64,000 nt of DNA from the NCBI GenBank assembly GCA_034003955.1, contig JAVEXO010000002.1, positions 44,060-108,059 of the forward strand. The letters are read 5' to 3'. A program made the position numbers and the translations under genes. The DNA comes from Spirochaetia bacterium. GTDB lineage: Bacteria; Spirochaetota; Spirochaetia; Treponematales; UBA12059. Below the pieces are notes generated by a model. It made no database searches. It saw only the letters and a list, made by a program, of their open reading frames with translations, and was not told the origin of the DNA. This document shows, piece after piece, positions 54,631 through 64,000 of the stretch. Positions within the stretch are counted from its first letter, which is position 1; every line of letters begins with the position of its first letter.

Positions 54631-55662
54631 TTAACCAGCCCTGCTTGATGTAGCCCACAGGTTTATATCCCCCTCCACGGCATAGCGGTCTATAGAAGCC
54701 AATTCTTCCGTAGAAAATACCAGGTTTTTCAAAGCGCCTACGTTTTCCTCTATCTGAGCCACGCTACTGGCGCCTATCAGCACCGAGCTTACTTCCGTTC
54801 GCCTTAGATTCCAGGCTAGAGCCATCTGTGCCAGGCTCTGACCACGCTGCTTGGCTATCCCATTGAGGGCTTCTATATTAGCTAAATTCTTCTCTGTCAG
54901 GAGCTTCGTGCTCAAGGCAGTGCCACTCTTGGACGCCCGCGAGCCTTCTGGTACACTCTGCAGATACTTATCACTAAGCATGCCCTGGGCGAGTGGAGAA
55001 AAGGTTATGCAGCCTACACCTTCCTTTTCCAGACATGCAAACAAGGCCTTCTCAGGCCAGCGGTTGAGCATGGAGTACGATGGCTGATGGATCAAAAGCG
55101 GTGTGCCCATAGCCTTGAGGATAGCGACAGCTTCGGCTGTCTTTGTGTCGGAATACGATGAAATACCGACGTAGAGAGCCTTGCCCTGTCGAACCACCGC
55201 GTCTAAGGCACCCATCGTTTCTTCTAAGGGCGTATCGGGGTCAAAGCGATGGCTGTAAAAGATGTCTACATAGTCCAAGCCCATTCGTTTGAGACTTTGA
55301 TCGAGGCTTGCTATGAGATACTTGCGCGATCCCCAGCTACCATAGGGCCCAGGCCACATGTCGTAGCCTGCCTTGCTTGAAATGACCAGTTCATCACGGT
55401 AGGGTGAAAAATCCTGTCGTAGTATCTTGCCAAAATTCTCTTCTGCCGATCCAGGAGGCGGGCCATAATTATTTGCAAGGTCAAAATGGGTAATGCCTAA
55501 GTCAAATGAACGACGCACCATAGCCCGCGCGTTTTCATACCTGTCTATGCCGCCAAAATTATGCCAAAGCCCTAGAGAGATGGCGGGCAACATGAGGCCA
55601 CTACGGCCAGTGCGTCTATAGACCATGGCCTCGTAACGTTTATTGTCAGGCTTATAATCCAT
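54631..55662 (-). CDS. aldo/keto reductase (YghZ / Kv-beta-like subfamily)
   Basis: Motifs are GLWHNFG, THFDLANNYG and YVDIFYSHRFD. An AAGGAG SD is present. Confidence 0.92.
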   Translation of the reverse strand: MDYKPDNKRYEAMVYRRTGRSGLMLPAISLGLWHNFGGIDRYENARAMVRRSFDLGITHFDLANNYGPPPGSAEENFGKILRQDFSPYRDELVISSKAGYDMWPGPYGSWGSRKYLIASLDQSLKRMGLDYVDIFYSHRFDPDTPLEETMGALDAVVRQGKALYVGISSYSDTKTAEAVAILKAMGTPLLIHQPSYSMLNRWPEKALFACLEKEGVGCITFSPLAQGMLSDKYLQSVPEGSRASKSGTALSTKLLTEKNLANIEALNGIAKQRGQSLAQMALAWNLRRTEVSSVLIGASSVAQIEENVGALKNLVFSTEELASIDRYAVEGDINLWATSSRAG

Positions 55663-55841
55663 ACCGCACTCCTTGCACGCGCGACAAACGCGCGCCTGCG
55701 ACTTTAGTATAATCGACTTTCCTCGTCAGCACCATGTACCATGCGCTCTAGCCACTCCCAAGATATGTAATTCCTGGTTTTTTCTTGACCGTAGCGTCCA
55801 TTAATCCTAAAATCAATATTCTATACGACTTGGGGGCAGGC

Positions 55842-57020
55842 ATGGCGATTATACCCTACGCACTCTTGGCTCTTCTCTTCCCGGCGATGGTTCAGATCCT
55901 GCGGGAAAAAGTAAAGTCACTATCGTTTTTGAATCCATTGATTACCTCCTATGCGATGGGCATTGTGCTCGGTAACACCGTCCTGCGTGGGCAAGCAGCC
56001 TTCAGCGCATTCGATTTGATGGCCACCTTGAGTGTTGCTCTATCAATACCGCTGATGCTCTTTACCCTGGACGTTCGCTCCTGGGGCAAGACAACAGGCA
56101 AGGTCATGCTTGGCATGGTGCTTGCGTCTGTCTCGGTTGTAATCGCCGTAGGCCTTGGGATGCCCCTCTTTGCTGCATCCTTGCCCTCATATCCCGAACT
56201 GGCGGGGCTGATGGTAGGCGTATATACGGGTGGCACGCCAAATTTAGCCGCATTGAGGATAGCACTAGACGTTGACAATGACCTATATCTTGCCGTGCAC
56301 GCGGCAGATGTGGCTCTAGGAGCCTTGTATATACTATTCTTCATAAGCGTTGCCAAACGCCTATTTGGACGGTTCCTTAAGACCCCAGAGCTAGCCTTAA
56401 CAGAATCGACCGCCGAAGAGCATCCAGGGCGCGAACTATACGACTCGACACTACATAGCCGCTTTCCTTTTATTGGAGACATTATAAAAAAATCGCCTAA
56501 GCTGGGATTGTCAAGAAACGCGGGTTTAACTCTACTTGTCATAGCCGCGGCCTTCGGTTTAAGCCTTTTGTTACCCAATGAACTGCAGACGATGGTCGTC
56601 ATACTGGGCATAACCACCTTTGCCATAGCCTTGAGCTTCATAAAACCCATACGGGATACCCCAGGCAGTTTTGCTATTGGTGAATACTTCATACTGGTGT
56701 TTAGCTTCTCAGCCGGAGCCATGGGCGATGTTCGGCGTATTCTAGGAGCAAGCCCTCTGGTATTTTTACTCGTCGCATATGTGCTTATAGCCTCGATGAT
56801 CATACATATCATGTTATCCAAGCTGTTCAAGCTTGACAGGAATACCGTGATGATTTCATCTACGGCGGCAATATGCTCGCCTCCTTTTGTGGGTCTGGTA
56901 GCAGGTGTTGTAGGCGATAGCAGACTCATAGCCCCCGGCATTACCGCAGGCATAGTCGGTTACGCTGTAGGCAATTACCTCGGCGTCATTGTAGCCAAGC
57001 TTCTAAGCTTGGTAGGCTAA
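55842..57020 (+). CDS. DUF819 family integral membrane protein
   Basis: It is a multi-TM protein with a YTGGTPNLAAL motif. The ATG at 55842 is preferred over the track TTG at 55785 (uncertain). Confidence 0.7.
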   Translation: MAIIPYALLALLFPAMVQILREKVKSLSFLNPLITSYAMGIVLGNTVLRGQAAFSAFDLMATLSVALSIPLMLFTLDVRSWGKTTGKVMLGMVLASVSVVIAVGLGMPLFAASLPSYPELAGLMVGVYTGGTPNLAALRIALDVDNDLYLAVHAADVALGALYILFFISVAKRLFGRFLKTPELALTESTAEEHPGRELYDSTLHSRFPFIGDIIKKSPKLGLSRNAGLTLLVIAAAFGLSLLLPNELQTMVVILGITTFAIALSFIKPIRDTPGSFAIGEYFILVFSFSAGAMGDVRRILGASPLVFLLVAYVLIASMIIHIMLSKLFKLDRNTVMISSTAAICSPPFVGLVAGVVGDSRLIAPGITAGIVGYAVGNYLGVIVAKLLSLVG

Positions 57021-57029
57021 AACACACAC

Positions 57030-58178
57030 ATGGCTAAAAGCTTTGCCGACCATAGTTCAGACCTGGCCTTTTTCATACTGCGTCCAGGAATAGAACTATG
57101 GATGCGGGTGGTAGCAAAGCGCAGTGTAGAATGCGGGACTGGGGTAGATTTCAAGCGTCGCAAACCCTTCGTGTTACTCGCCAACCATAGTTTTGCCATG
57201 GACGTAGTACATGTACCCCTGCCATTTAAGATAACCCCGCAGATAGTCGCCAGCCGTGATCTCTTTGTTAATCCATTCGAGCGCTTTATCCTCAGCTATG
57301 TAGCCCGCTGCATCATGGCACCAAAGGGTGGAGGCGACGTGCGCACCATCAAGGAAATATTGCGGGCCGTAGACGCAGGGTATCCTGTGCTCTTGTTTCC
57401 AGAAGGTGACATATCTTTCTTCGGTCACTCGGGAGAATTATCAAAGGCCGTGGCCATGCTGGTGCGCAAGTTAAGCCTGGACGTCATAACCTGCAGAGTC
57501 AGCGGAGGCTACCTGTCGGCGCCACGATGGGCAAAGTCGGCTCGAGGTAAACGAGCAATACGGTTACGTTATGAATTGGCCCTGAGCGCCGGGCAATCGT
57601 CCAGCTTGTCCCTTGGAGAAATCCATGAAGCCATATCGAGCCGCCTTGCATACGACGAGTATGCTTCCCAGCGTGAACGCATGGAGGCCCACCCCACGAG
57701 CCAGGGAGCATCTGGCCTGGAGGACATCCTCTATGTCTGCCCCGCCTGCCATGACATAGCAAGCATGAACTCATCGGGTAACGAACTTGCCTGCAAGGCA
57801 TGCGGTACAACAGGAAGCATTGACGAGTACGGCTTCCTCCACGGCTGGGCTTACGATAATCCTTTTGATTGGGATATCTTTCAAAAAGGTTTATCTTCAC
57901 AGCTACGTGGGGCCTCTTTTAATTCTAGCGGTATACTCTACATAAACGACTACAACGCATTAAAACAAACCAGGCTCGGCGAGGTGTTTGTAGAGTACCA
58001 TGATGGCAGCATCCACTTCTCGGGGGCGATGAGCCGTGACTTTGCCAGAGAAGAACTCCACGACGTAGCCCTGACCATGCGCAACAACCTGAACTTCAGC
58101 TATGAAGGAATCGACTACCTCCTCAAGCTTGACAGGCTTGCCCTCGCCTTCTTGCGCGTCTGTCAGGACAAATACTAA
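57030..58178 (+). CDS. PlsC-family acyltransferase with C-terminal zinc-ribbon-containing extension
   Basis: It has HX4D block ANHSFAMD, an FPEGD block and a C-terminal CPACHD..N12..CKACG. Confidence 0.82.
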   Translation: MAKSFADHSSDLAFFILRPGIELWMRVVAKRSVECGTGVDFKRRKPFVLLANHSFAMDVVHVPLPFKITPQIVASRDLFVNPFERFILSYVARCIMAPKGGGDVRTIKEILRAVDAGYPVLLFPEGDISFFGHSGELSKAVAMLVRKLSLDVITCRVSGGYLSAPRWAKSARGKRAIRLRYELALSAGQSSSLSLGEIHEAISSRLAYDEYASQRERMEAHPTSQGASGLEDILYVCPACHDIASMNSSGNELACKACGTTGSIDEYGFLHGWAYDNPFDWDIFQKGLSSQLRGASFNSSGILYINDYNALKQTRLGEVFVEYHDGSIHFSGAMSRDFAREELHDVALTMRNNLNFSYEGIDYLLKLDRLALAFLRVCQDKY

Positions 58179-58191
58179 GGGGGGAGCTTCC

Positions 58192-58845
58192 ATGGTCTAC
58201 TACAGCGATGGGCGAAAGGAGGCAAGGCTGGATCGTGCAAGCCTCCGTGCGCTTGCCAATCTTATAAGCGATGCCTTCATAGAGCACGACAATTGGAAGC
58301 GTGTCATAGCGGATACAGCCCGTAGAAAACGAGGGCTCTACGCACTTTTCTACTTCATATCGTCCATCATTAACCGGTATGGCCACATAGTCGTCAGCGT
58401 GTACGAAGGACGTGTTGTTGCCTATACCACTTTCATGGAAAATTCCGACCATGCGCAGGTTAATTTTTGCCGCGTACTACGCTGCGGGGCCTTACCTTGG
58501 GCCTTGTCTTTTATTCTGACGCTGAGACCACGAGAACTGGCGGCAATGCAAGAATTCAACACAAGCATAGAAGCGTACTATGCCAGGCAGAACATAGACC
58601 CTGGTGGCCTCCACCTCTATACCACCGCAATAGAGCCATCGCTCAAGGGTCGAGGCATCATGAAATCCAGCTTTGCCTATGCTGAAGAGTGTTTCAGGGC
58701 CGCCAAATTCTCATCCTATATGCTTGAAACAACAGACCCCACCAATATTCCTGTATACGAACACTTTGGCCTCGAGTTGACAGGCCAAGAAACTATGGCT
58801 CGCACTGATCGAAGTGTGTGGTTCTTTAAAAAAGCCCTCGTTTGA
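58192..58845 (+). CDS. GNAT family N-acetyltransferase
   Basis: It has the acetyl-CoA loop PSLKGRGIMKSSF and a terminal NIPVYEHFGLEL. The start was trimmed to the ATG at 58192, after a GGGGGAG SD-like run. Confidence 0.72.
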   Translation: MVYYSDGRKEARLDRASLRALANLISDAFIEHDNWKRVIADTARRKRGLYALFYFISSIINRYGHIVVSVYEGRVVAYTTFMENSDHAQVNFCRVLRCGALPWALSFILTLRPRELAAMQEFNTSIEAYYARQNIDPGGLHLYTTAIEPSLKGRGIMKSSFAYAEECFRAAKFSSYMLETTDPTNIPVYEHFGLELTGQETMARTDRSVWFFKKALV

Positions 58846-58888
58846 TTTCAGAAATCACAGGAGGTTTTAGCAGGCAGCTATCGCTATT

Positions 58889-59260
58889 CTATTGAGTTCC
58901 GGTATTTTCGACAAACTGGATTTTTACTCCGTTTGGATCTTCAATGTACATGAAACTAACAGTAGGATTAGGTTTGAATGGTCCACTTATACTTATTCCA
59001 TCCATGGCCTTTAATTCAGCCATCTTTTCCTCGAGTGACTCCACCTCAAAACCCAATGATAGTTCCTTGCTATGCTGTGGATTTAAGTTCTTTTCATTAT
59101 GGATCAACTCGATAACGGTATCGCCATCCTTGAGGAAAACAATGACCATGCCCGGCATAGTGCTAAGTCTCCTGTCCTCAATGAGACCTACGACGTCGGT
59201 GTAGAATCTCACGGATGACTCAATGTCTCGTACATGTATGGTGACCCAACAAAGTTTCAT
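58889..59260 (-). CDS. VOC (glyoxalase/bleomycin-resistance/dioxygenase) family protein
   Basis: MKLCWVTIHVRDIESSVRFYTDVVGL is a typical VOC N-terminus. The start was trimmed to 59260, with an AGGAG SD. Confidence 0.85.
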   Translation of the reverse strand: MKLCWVTIHVRDIESSVRFYTDVVGLIEDRRLSTMPGMVIVFLKDGDTVIELIHNEKNLNPQHSKELSLGFEVESLEEKMAELKAMDGISISGPFKPNPTVSFMYIEDPNGVKIQFVENTGTQ

Positions 59261-59379
59261 ATTTGCCACTCCTTTATTTCTATGCATAGTTTACACGTAT
59301 GATTGTCGAGGAGATAAGGCCTGCTGTCCAGACAATCTTTCCATTTGCGTGAATGGCCTCTATGGCATATGCTTGACAC

Positions 59380-61713
59380 ATGACGAATATAAGCCATCTA
59401 GGTAGTTCGCCAGAACGAAGTGATGCTCCGGCCAAGACAGGGGGAACACTCCGCTTTACCGACGATCACGTGCGTCCTGGTACGCTTCACACTGCAGTCC
59501 TGTACAGCCCTCACGCACATGCAGAAATCAAAAGCATAGACAGTAGCCAGTCCTTAGCCTTTCCTGGCGTACGCGGCGTGTTCACCGGAGACGATTGGCC
59601 CGCGGTACTCATAGGCCTGTACATGGGCGACAAGCCCCCCTTGGCTCGGGGAAGGGTTAGATACTATGGCGAGCCAGTCGTGGTGGTGCTTGCAGACGAA
59701 GAAGCCTCCGCGCTGGAAGCGCTGCGTCTCGTTCGTGTTGATTTCTTGCCTTTACCCACCCTGGGTAGCCCACGGTCGGCCTTGACCGATGGAGCGCCAA
59801 TACTTCATCCAGATTTGGGTTCGTACCGCCGTATTCAAGCCATACTACCAGAACCAGGCAGTAATGTAGCAAACAGAACCCGCATACGAAAAGGAGACGC
59901 AGAGGCCGCACTTGCTCTTTCTGACGTTGTCGTTGAAGGCGAGTTTTGCTTTCCCCCTGGTGATCATGCCGCGATGGAACCGCGGGTGGTTATAGCCGAG
60001 TTTGGACTCGACGGGCGGCTTAAGGTTTCAAGCTCAACCCAGTCACCATTCGGTGTCAGAACCCTTCTGGCTCAGAGCCTGGGTCTTCCAGAGCGCAATA
60101 TTGAGGTGCTGGCCGCAGCTGTAGGCGGCGGTTTCGGTGGCAAGGCCGGTATTCAGCTTGAACCTCTCGCGTGTCTCCTTGCCATGCGCTTTCCAGGAAG
60201 ACCTGTTCGCTTGATAAATACCCGCGAAGCGGACATCGTATCCAGCCCAGGCAGGCCAGGGCTGGACTCCCGGGTGCGCATAGGAGCCAAGCGTGACGGC
60301 ACCCTTCTAGCCATGGATATGGAACTTTGCTTTGACTCTGGAGCATATGCTGACTATGCGGTCAATGTGTCACGTGCTGCGGCCGTCGCCTGTACGGGTC
60401 CGTACAATGTTCCCAATGTCAAGGCGGATACGCTCTGCGTATATACCAACCATCCGTTTGCGACTGCCTTCAGAGGCTTTGGACACATAGAACTTTCATA
60501 CGCGACAGAACGTGCACTTGACCTGCTTGCAGAAAAGCTATCTATGGATCCGCTTGAATTACGTCTCAAAAATGCTGCCAGGCCAGGACACACAACACCT
60601 ACCGGAGCCATGCTCGACCCTAACACAGGTGACTTGCCTGCGTGCATTGCCCATGTACGGCGACGCCTGGATTGGGATGCAGGACAACGTGTAGTCATGC
60701 CTGACGGCATGATACGAGCAAAGGGCATATCATGTTTCTGGAAGGCTCCGGCAATACCAACGTTCACCGATGCAGGAGCCATACTTACCTTTGCCGAGGA
60801 TGCTAGCGCCACGTTGTCCACCGGGGTCATGGAACTTGGACAGGGAACTCTGGACGGCCTGAGGATCATCGTTGCAGAGGCTTTGGGGCTGGAGCTTTCA
60901 ATGGTCAGGGTGCTCTATGAAGTTGACACAGACCGCTCACCCCATGACTGGACGACGGCAGCCAGCCGCTCGCTGTTCATGGCTGGACGAGCCGCCCTGG
61001 AGGCTGTATCGGATGCCATGGCTCAGATACGGTATACGGCTGCATCCGTGCTGCGTTGCCCGGAAGAAGACCTTGATGTGCATGGTGGGCGTGTATTCGT
61101 ACGCGATGATCCGGAACAGGGCCTGCCACTGTCTTCAATCGTTATGGGTTACGTCTATCCAAACGGCAACGCCATTGGCGGCCCCGTCATAGGACGCGGT
61201 CGGTATATTGCAAGACATCTGTCTGAGATGGATCCTGATACGGGTGCAGGAAGACCGGGCCTGGAATGGACCATGGGGGCAGAGGGTGTCGAGCTGGAAT
61301 TAGACCCACGCGACGGTCACCTGCGTATCATCAAGGCTGCAAGCTCGATGGACGTAGGCAGAATCATCCATCCAGCATTGGCAAGATGCCAGGTCGTTGG
61401 TGCCATGGCCATGGGCATAGGATATGCAAGCCGGGAAGCCTTTGTATTTGATGCACGCGAAGGCGTACAGAACGGAAGCCTCAGAGACTATAAACTACTG
61501 CGCTACGGAGAAGAGCCCGAGTATTTCGTCGATTTTGTGGAGACGCCCCAGGGAGATGGCCCCTTTGGCGCACGTGGACTCGGGGAACAGGGCATCATAG
61601 GCATGCCGGGAGCCGTTGCTCAGGCTGCTTCCCTTGCCACAGGAACCCAACTCAAGGAGCTACCACTGACACCCGAGTATCTATGGCGTGCCTTGAAGGA
61701 GGGACAGCGATGA
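59380..61713 (+). CDS. xanthine dehydrogenase family molybdopterin-binding large subunit
   Basis: Length is 777 aa. It has GGGFGGK and ATAFRGFGH motifs and the C-terminal GARGLGEQG. The substrate cannot be determined. Confidence 0.92.
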   Translation: MTNISHLGSSPERSDAPAKTGGTLRFTDDHVRPGTLHTAVLYSPHAHAEIKSIDSSQSLAFPGVRGVFTGDDWPAVLIGLYMGDKPPLARGRVRYYGEPVVVVLADEEASALEALRLVRVDFLPLPTLGSPRSALTDGAPILHPDLGSYRRIQAILPEPGSNVANRTRIRKGDAEAALALSDVVVEGEFCFPPGDHAAMEPRVVIAEFGLDGRLKVSSSTQSPFGVRTLLAQSLGLPERNIEVLAAAVGGGFGGKAGIQLEPLACLLAMRFPGRPVRLINTREADIVSSPGRPGLDSRVRIGAKRDGTLLAMDMELCFDSGAYADYAVNVSRAAAVACTGPYNVPNVKADTLCVYTNHPFATAFRGFGHIELSYATERALDLLAEKLSMDPLELRLKNAARPGHTTPTGAMLDPNTGDLPACIAHVRRRLDWDAGQRVVMPDGMIRAKGISCFWKAPAIPTFTDAGAILTFAEDASATLSTGVMELGQGTLDGLRIIVAEALGLELSMVRVLYEVDTDRSPHDWTTAASRSLFMAGRAALEAVSDAMAQIRYTAASVLRCPEEDLDVHGGRVFVRDDPEQGLPLSSIVMGYVYPNGNAIGGPVIGRGRYIARHLSEMDPDTGAGRPGLEWTMGAEGVELELDPRDGHLRIIKAASSMDVGRIIHPALARCQVVGAMAMGIGYASREAFVFDAREGVQNGSLRDYKLLRYGEEPEYFVDFVETPQGDGPFGARGLGEQGIIGMPGAVAQAASLATGTQLKELPLTPEYLWRALKEGQR

Positions 61714-62528
61714 TTCCAAGCCGCATTAGATACCTGCGTCCTCTCAATGCCGAGGAAGCTGTCAGTGCCTGGAGAGTCAATCCTGGATCACGCTATCTCT
61801 CTGGCGGCACGGAGATTAGCACCACATCACGGCGCTCCGCCTCCTACCCTGTGAGTACCCTCATAGACATTAAACATATAGCTGAAGCAAGAACACTGCA
61901 AATAGATGGAGACATGCTGCTTCTTGGCTCCGCCCTGCCACTCTCTGCAATAGCCGACAGCGGACACTTTCCTCTTCTTACGGCTACAATCAAGGGCATA
62001 GCCGACAGAACCACTAGAAACCGCCTGAGCCTCGGAGGAAACATTGCGGGCATGCTCCCCTATCGAGAATCTGTTCTGCCCCTATTACTTGCCGATGCTC
62101 ACTGCACCTCAATGCTACAGTCACCAGGCTTGGAAACTCCACAGCTCAGAGCATGGCGATTGCGTGATCGATTCAACAAGCGCCTCCTTCTGGAACCGGG
62201 AGAACTAATCCTATCGTTTTCTGTTCCATTGTCATTCACCACACTGCCCTGGAGCCACGGGCGGAAGACAAGAACAGGACCGATTGACTACCCCCTGGTG
62301 ACACTATGTCTCGTCAAGGATTCCAGCAACTTTTTGCTCGGCCTGAGCGGTGCCCATCCCTATCCCCTCCGTTCCGATGAAGCCGACGATCTATTGTCTA
62401 GGACTGAGCCTGTAGATGTCGCCATCCAGGCTCTAGAGCTTGCGAAGACAGATCATAGAGCATCGGATTCGTATCGAACGGCTCTACTCAAGACCATGCT
62501 TGAAACTGCCATAAAGGAATTATCATGA
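61710..62528 (+). CDS. molybdenum hydroxylase FAD-binding subunit (CoxM/XdhB-like)
   Basis: Its ATGA overlaps the large-subunit stop. It has an FAD_binding_5-like N-terminus (YLRPLNAEEAV..GGTEI). Confidence 0.87.
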   Translation: MIPSRIRYLRPLNAEEAVSAWRVNPGSRYLSGGTEISTTSRRSASYPVSTLIDIKHIAEARTLQIDGDMLLLGSALPLSAIADSGHFPLLTATIKGIADRTTRNRLSLGGNIAGMLPYRESVLPLLLADAHCTSMLQSPGLETPQLRAWRLRDRFNKRLLLEPGELILSFSVPLSFTTLPWSHGRKTRTGPIDYPLVTLCLVKDSSNFLLGLSGAHPYPLRSDEADDLLSRTEPVDVAIQALELAKTDHRASDSYRTALLKTMLETAIKELS

Positions 62529-63007
62529 AGGATTATACAGGCTCGGTTGAAATCACCTTACGCGTTAATGATGAAAATCGCAGGGTACAGATTCATCCAG
62601 AAGACAGCCTTCTTAGGGTGCTTCGTGAACGCCTGGGACTCACTGGTACCAAGTGTGGCTGTGAGAATGGTGACTGCGGATGTTGTACCGTGCTCATAGA
62701 TGGGCTGCCTGTTAAGTCATGCATGAGCCTCGCCGTAGAATGTGAAGATACAGCCATCACGACCATAGAAGGCCTCCATGAACATCCAGTACAGAAGGCA
62801 TTTGCAGCCGAGAATGGATTTCAGTGTGGTTTCTGCACACCGGGCATGATACTAAACGCGGTGGCCTTGATAGAGGCTCATCCTGAGCCTGATGAAGAAA
62901 CAGATAAAGAGTGGATGCAATCCAACCTATGCCGCTGCACAGGCTACGAAGGCATACGAAAGGCGTTGTCGACAGCCAGAAAATCAAGGGACTTATTTCC
63001 TACATGA
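62525..63007 (+). CDS. molybdenum hydroxylase (2Fe-2S)-binding small subunit
   Basis: It has the two cluster motifs CGCENGDCGCCTV and CGFCTPG..CRCTGY. Confidence 0.93.
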   Translation: MKDYTGSVEITLRVNDENRRVQIHPEDSLLRVLRERLGLTGTKCGCENGDCGCCTVLIDGLPVKSCMSLAVECEDTAITTIEGLHEHPVQKAFAAENGFQCGFCTPGMILNAVALIEAHPEPDEETDKEWMQSNLCRCTGYEGIRKALSTARKSRDLFPT

Positions 63008-63221
63008 AGTAGAGGTAGGTTTTATCCATGCACATAGTCGCTCGAGTCTATAGAAGCCGAATAAAAGCTACATTGTTTTTACCTGTACGTTTTATTGAAT
63101 ACATTGTCTCATCGACATGTTTCTGAAGAGTCTTGGGTTCAAGGCCATGATCCGGGTACAAACTAATACCTATTTAATTTGTTTATAATACTACGTTATA
63201 TAAACTGCAGGGAGCTATACA

Positions 63222-64000
63222 ATGGACATATTAGACTTAATAGAGCAAAAACGATACGTTGATATAAAGAATATTCTTTCTGAGATGAACGAGGTTGATA
63301 TTGCTGAAATACTTAATCCTTTGGATCCTAGCGTAAATCTACTCATATTCAGGATGTTACCAAAGGATATAGCGGTAGAGGTATTCGCTTATTTCTCAGC
63401 GGATCAGCAGGCTGATATTATAAGAACCGTTACCGACAAGGAACTTAAAAATATATTAGACGACTTATTCTTTGATGACATGATAGACCTCATAGAAGAG
63501 ATGCCGGCAAATATAGTTAACAAAATTCTTACAAACTCTACACAAAGCCAAAGGAATCTGATCAACCAATTTTTAAAATACCCGGTAGACTCTGCCGGAA
63601 GCCTCATGACCATTGAGTATGTTGAACTAAGAAAAGATATGACGGTCAGAGAGGCCCTAAATCATATAAAAGAGATCGGGCTTACAAAAGAAACGGTATA
63701 TACCTGCTATGTGAGTGACAAGAACAGAAAACTTCAAGGAATCGTTTCTCTTAAAAATCTCGTAATTTCTGATGAAGACAAGTTGATTAGTGAAATTATT
63801 CATGACGACGTCATCTTTGTTAACACGCATGATGATCAAGAAACGGTAGCTAACATCTTTAAAAAATACGGGTTTATTGCATTGCCCGTGGTAGACAAGG
63901 AACAAAGGCTTATTGGAATAATAACGGTTGATGACATAATGGAAGTGATGGAGAAGGAAGCAACAGAAGACTTTCAAAGAATGGCCGCATTGGCACCATC
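63222..64000 (+). CDS. mgtE: magnesium transporter MgtE (partial, N-terminal + CBS region only)
   Basis: It is not in the ORF track because it runs off the window. Hand translation gives MDILDLIEQKRYVDIKNILSEMNEVDIAEILN...FFDDMIDLIEEMP...AGSLMT...ALPVVDKEQRLIGIITVDDIMEV, the typical MgtE N-domain plus CBS pair. Confidence 0.9.
   Translation, partial: MDILDLIEQKRYVDIKNILSEMNEVDIAEILNPLDPSVNLLIFRMLPKDIAVEVFAYFSADQQADIIRTVTDKELKNILDDLFFDDMIDLIEEMPANIVNKILTNSTQSQRNLINQFLKYPVDSAGSLMTIEYVELRKDMTVREALNHIKEIGLTKETVYTCYVSDKNRKLQGIVSLKNLVISDEDKLISEIIHDDVIFVNTHDDQETVANIFKKYGFIALPVVDKEQRLIGIITVDDIMEVMEKEATEDFQRMAALAP

Noticed and set aside
55949-56953. A 334-aa minus-strand ORF lies opposite the DUF819 membrane protein.
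   Set aside because: It is a shadow ORF with Ser/Arg/Pro/Ala-rich sequence. The plus-strand product has coherent TM helices and the YTGGTPNLAAL motif.
63008-63221. A possible M-box (ykoK) magnesium riboswitch was considered in the 214-nt leader of mgtE.
   Set aside because: I could not find the conserved M-box core strings (for example GUUAGGUGAGGCU or the ACGCC..GGGU region) on reading the leader. Only a covariance-model scan could settle it.
1-64000. I looked for CRISPR arrays, rRNA/tRNA genes, IS elements, integrases, and phage or toxin-antitoxin modules.
   Set aside because: No regularly spaced direct repeats, no tRNA-like GGTTCGAATCC arms in intergenic regions, and no transposase or integrase motifs were noticed on reading the track and intergenic sequence. 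This was a by-eye search and could miss small RNAs.

Overview
This is a densely coding 64-kb bacterial chromosomal segment with about 58 protein genes on both strands. I recognise no rRNA, tRNA, CRISPR array, transposase or integrase. All calls come from reading the ORF track and sequence by eye (motifs, start-codon and SD context). No database search, alignment or folding program was run. Several ORF-track starts were trimmed to internal ATG/GTG codons that have a GGAGG/AAGGAG Shine-Dalgarno. Gene content fits an anaerobic, chemotactic bacterium. It includes a GntR-linked glycyl-radical enzyme, tyrS, two DHH phosphoesterases, a GGDEF cyclase, glutathione peroxidase, two ABC-2 exporters, an OpuB-type osmoprotectant importer, ackA, an NfeD-FloA flotillin operon, a LacI-controlled sugar-ABC/GH4 operon, two MCPs, an aldo-keto reductase, a three-subunit molybdenum hydroxylase and a 3'-truncated mgtE. 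The taxon cannot be fixed from the sequence; a spirochaete-like organism is only a guess. The main stand-outs are these. (1) A 1476-aa ORF (43608-48038, minus) fuses an unknown helical domain, a PPDK-type ATP-grasp, a phosphohistidine swivel domain and a PGK-like module with a degenerate nucleotide site. It has no PEP/pyruvate barrel, sits among isoprenoid/prenyltransferase genes and is bracketed by a 29-nt direct repeat. (2) A 62-aa singlet histone-fold gene (24812-25000) overlaps a downstream repeat-containing ORF. (3) An eliminase-type glycyl-radical enzyme has no activase anywhere in the window. (4) A frameshifted conserved small gene (54204-54598) is missing from the ORF track. (5) Two promoters are positioned to give leaderless mRNAs, and there are candidate GntR and LacI operators.
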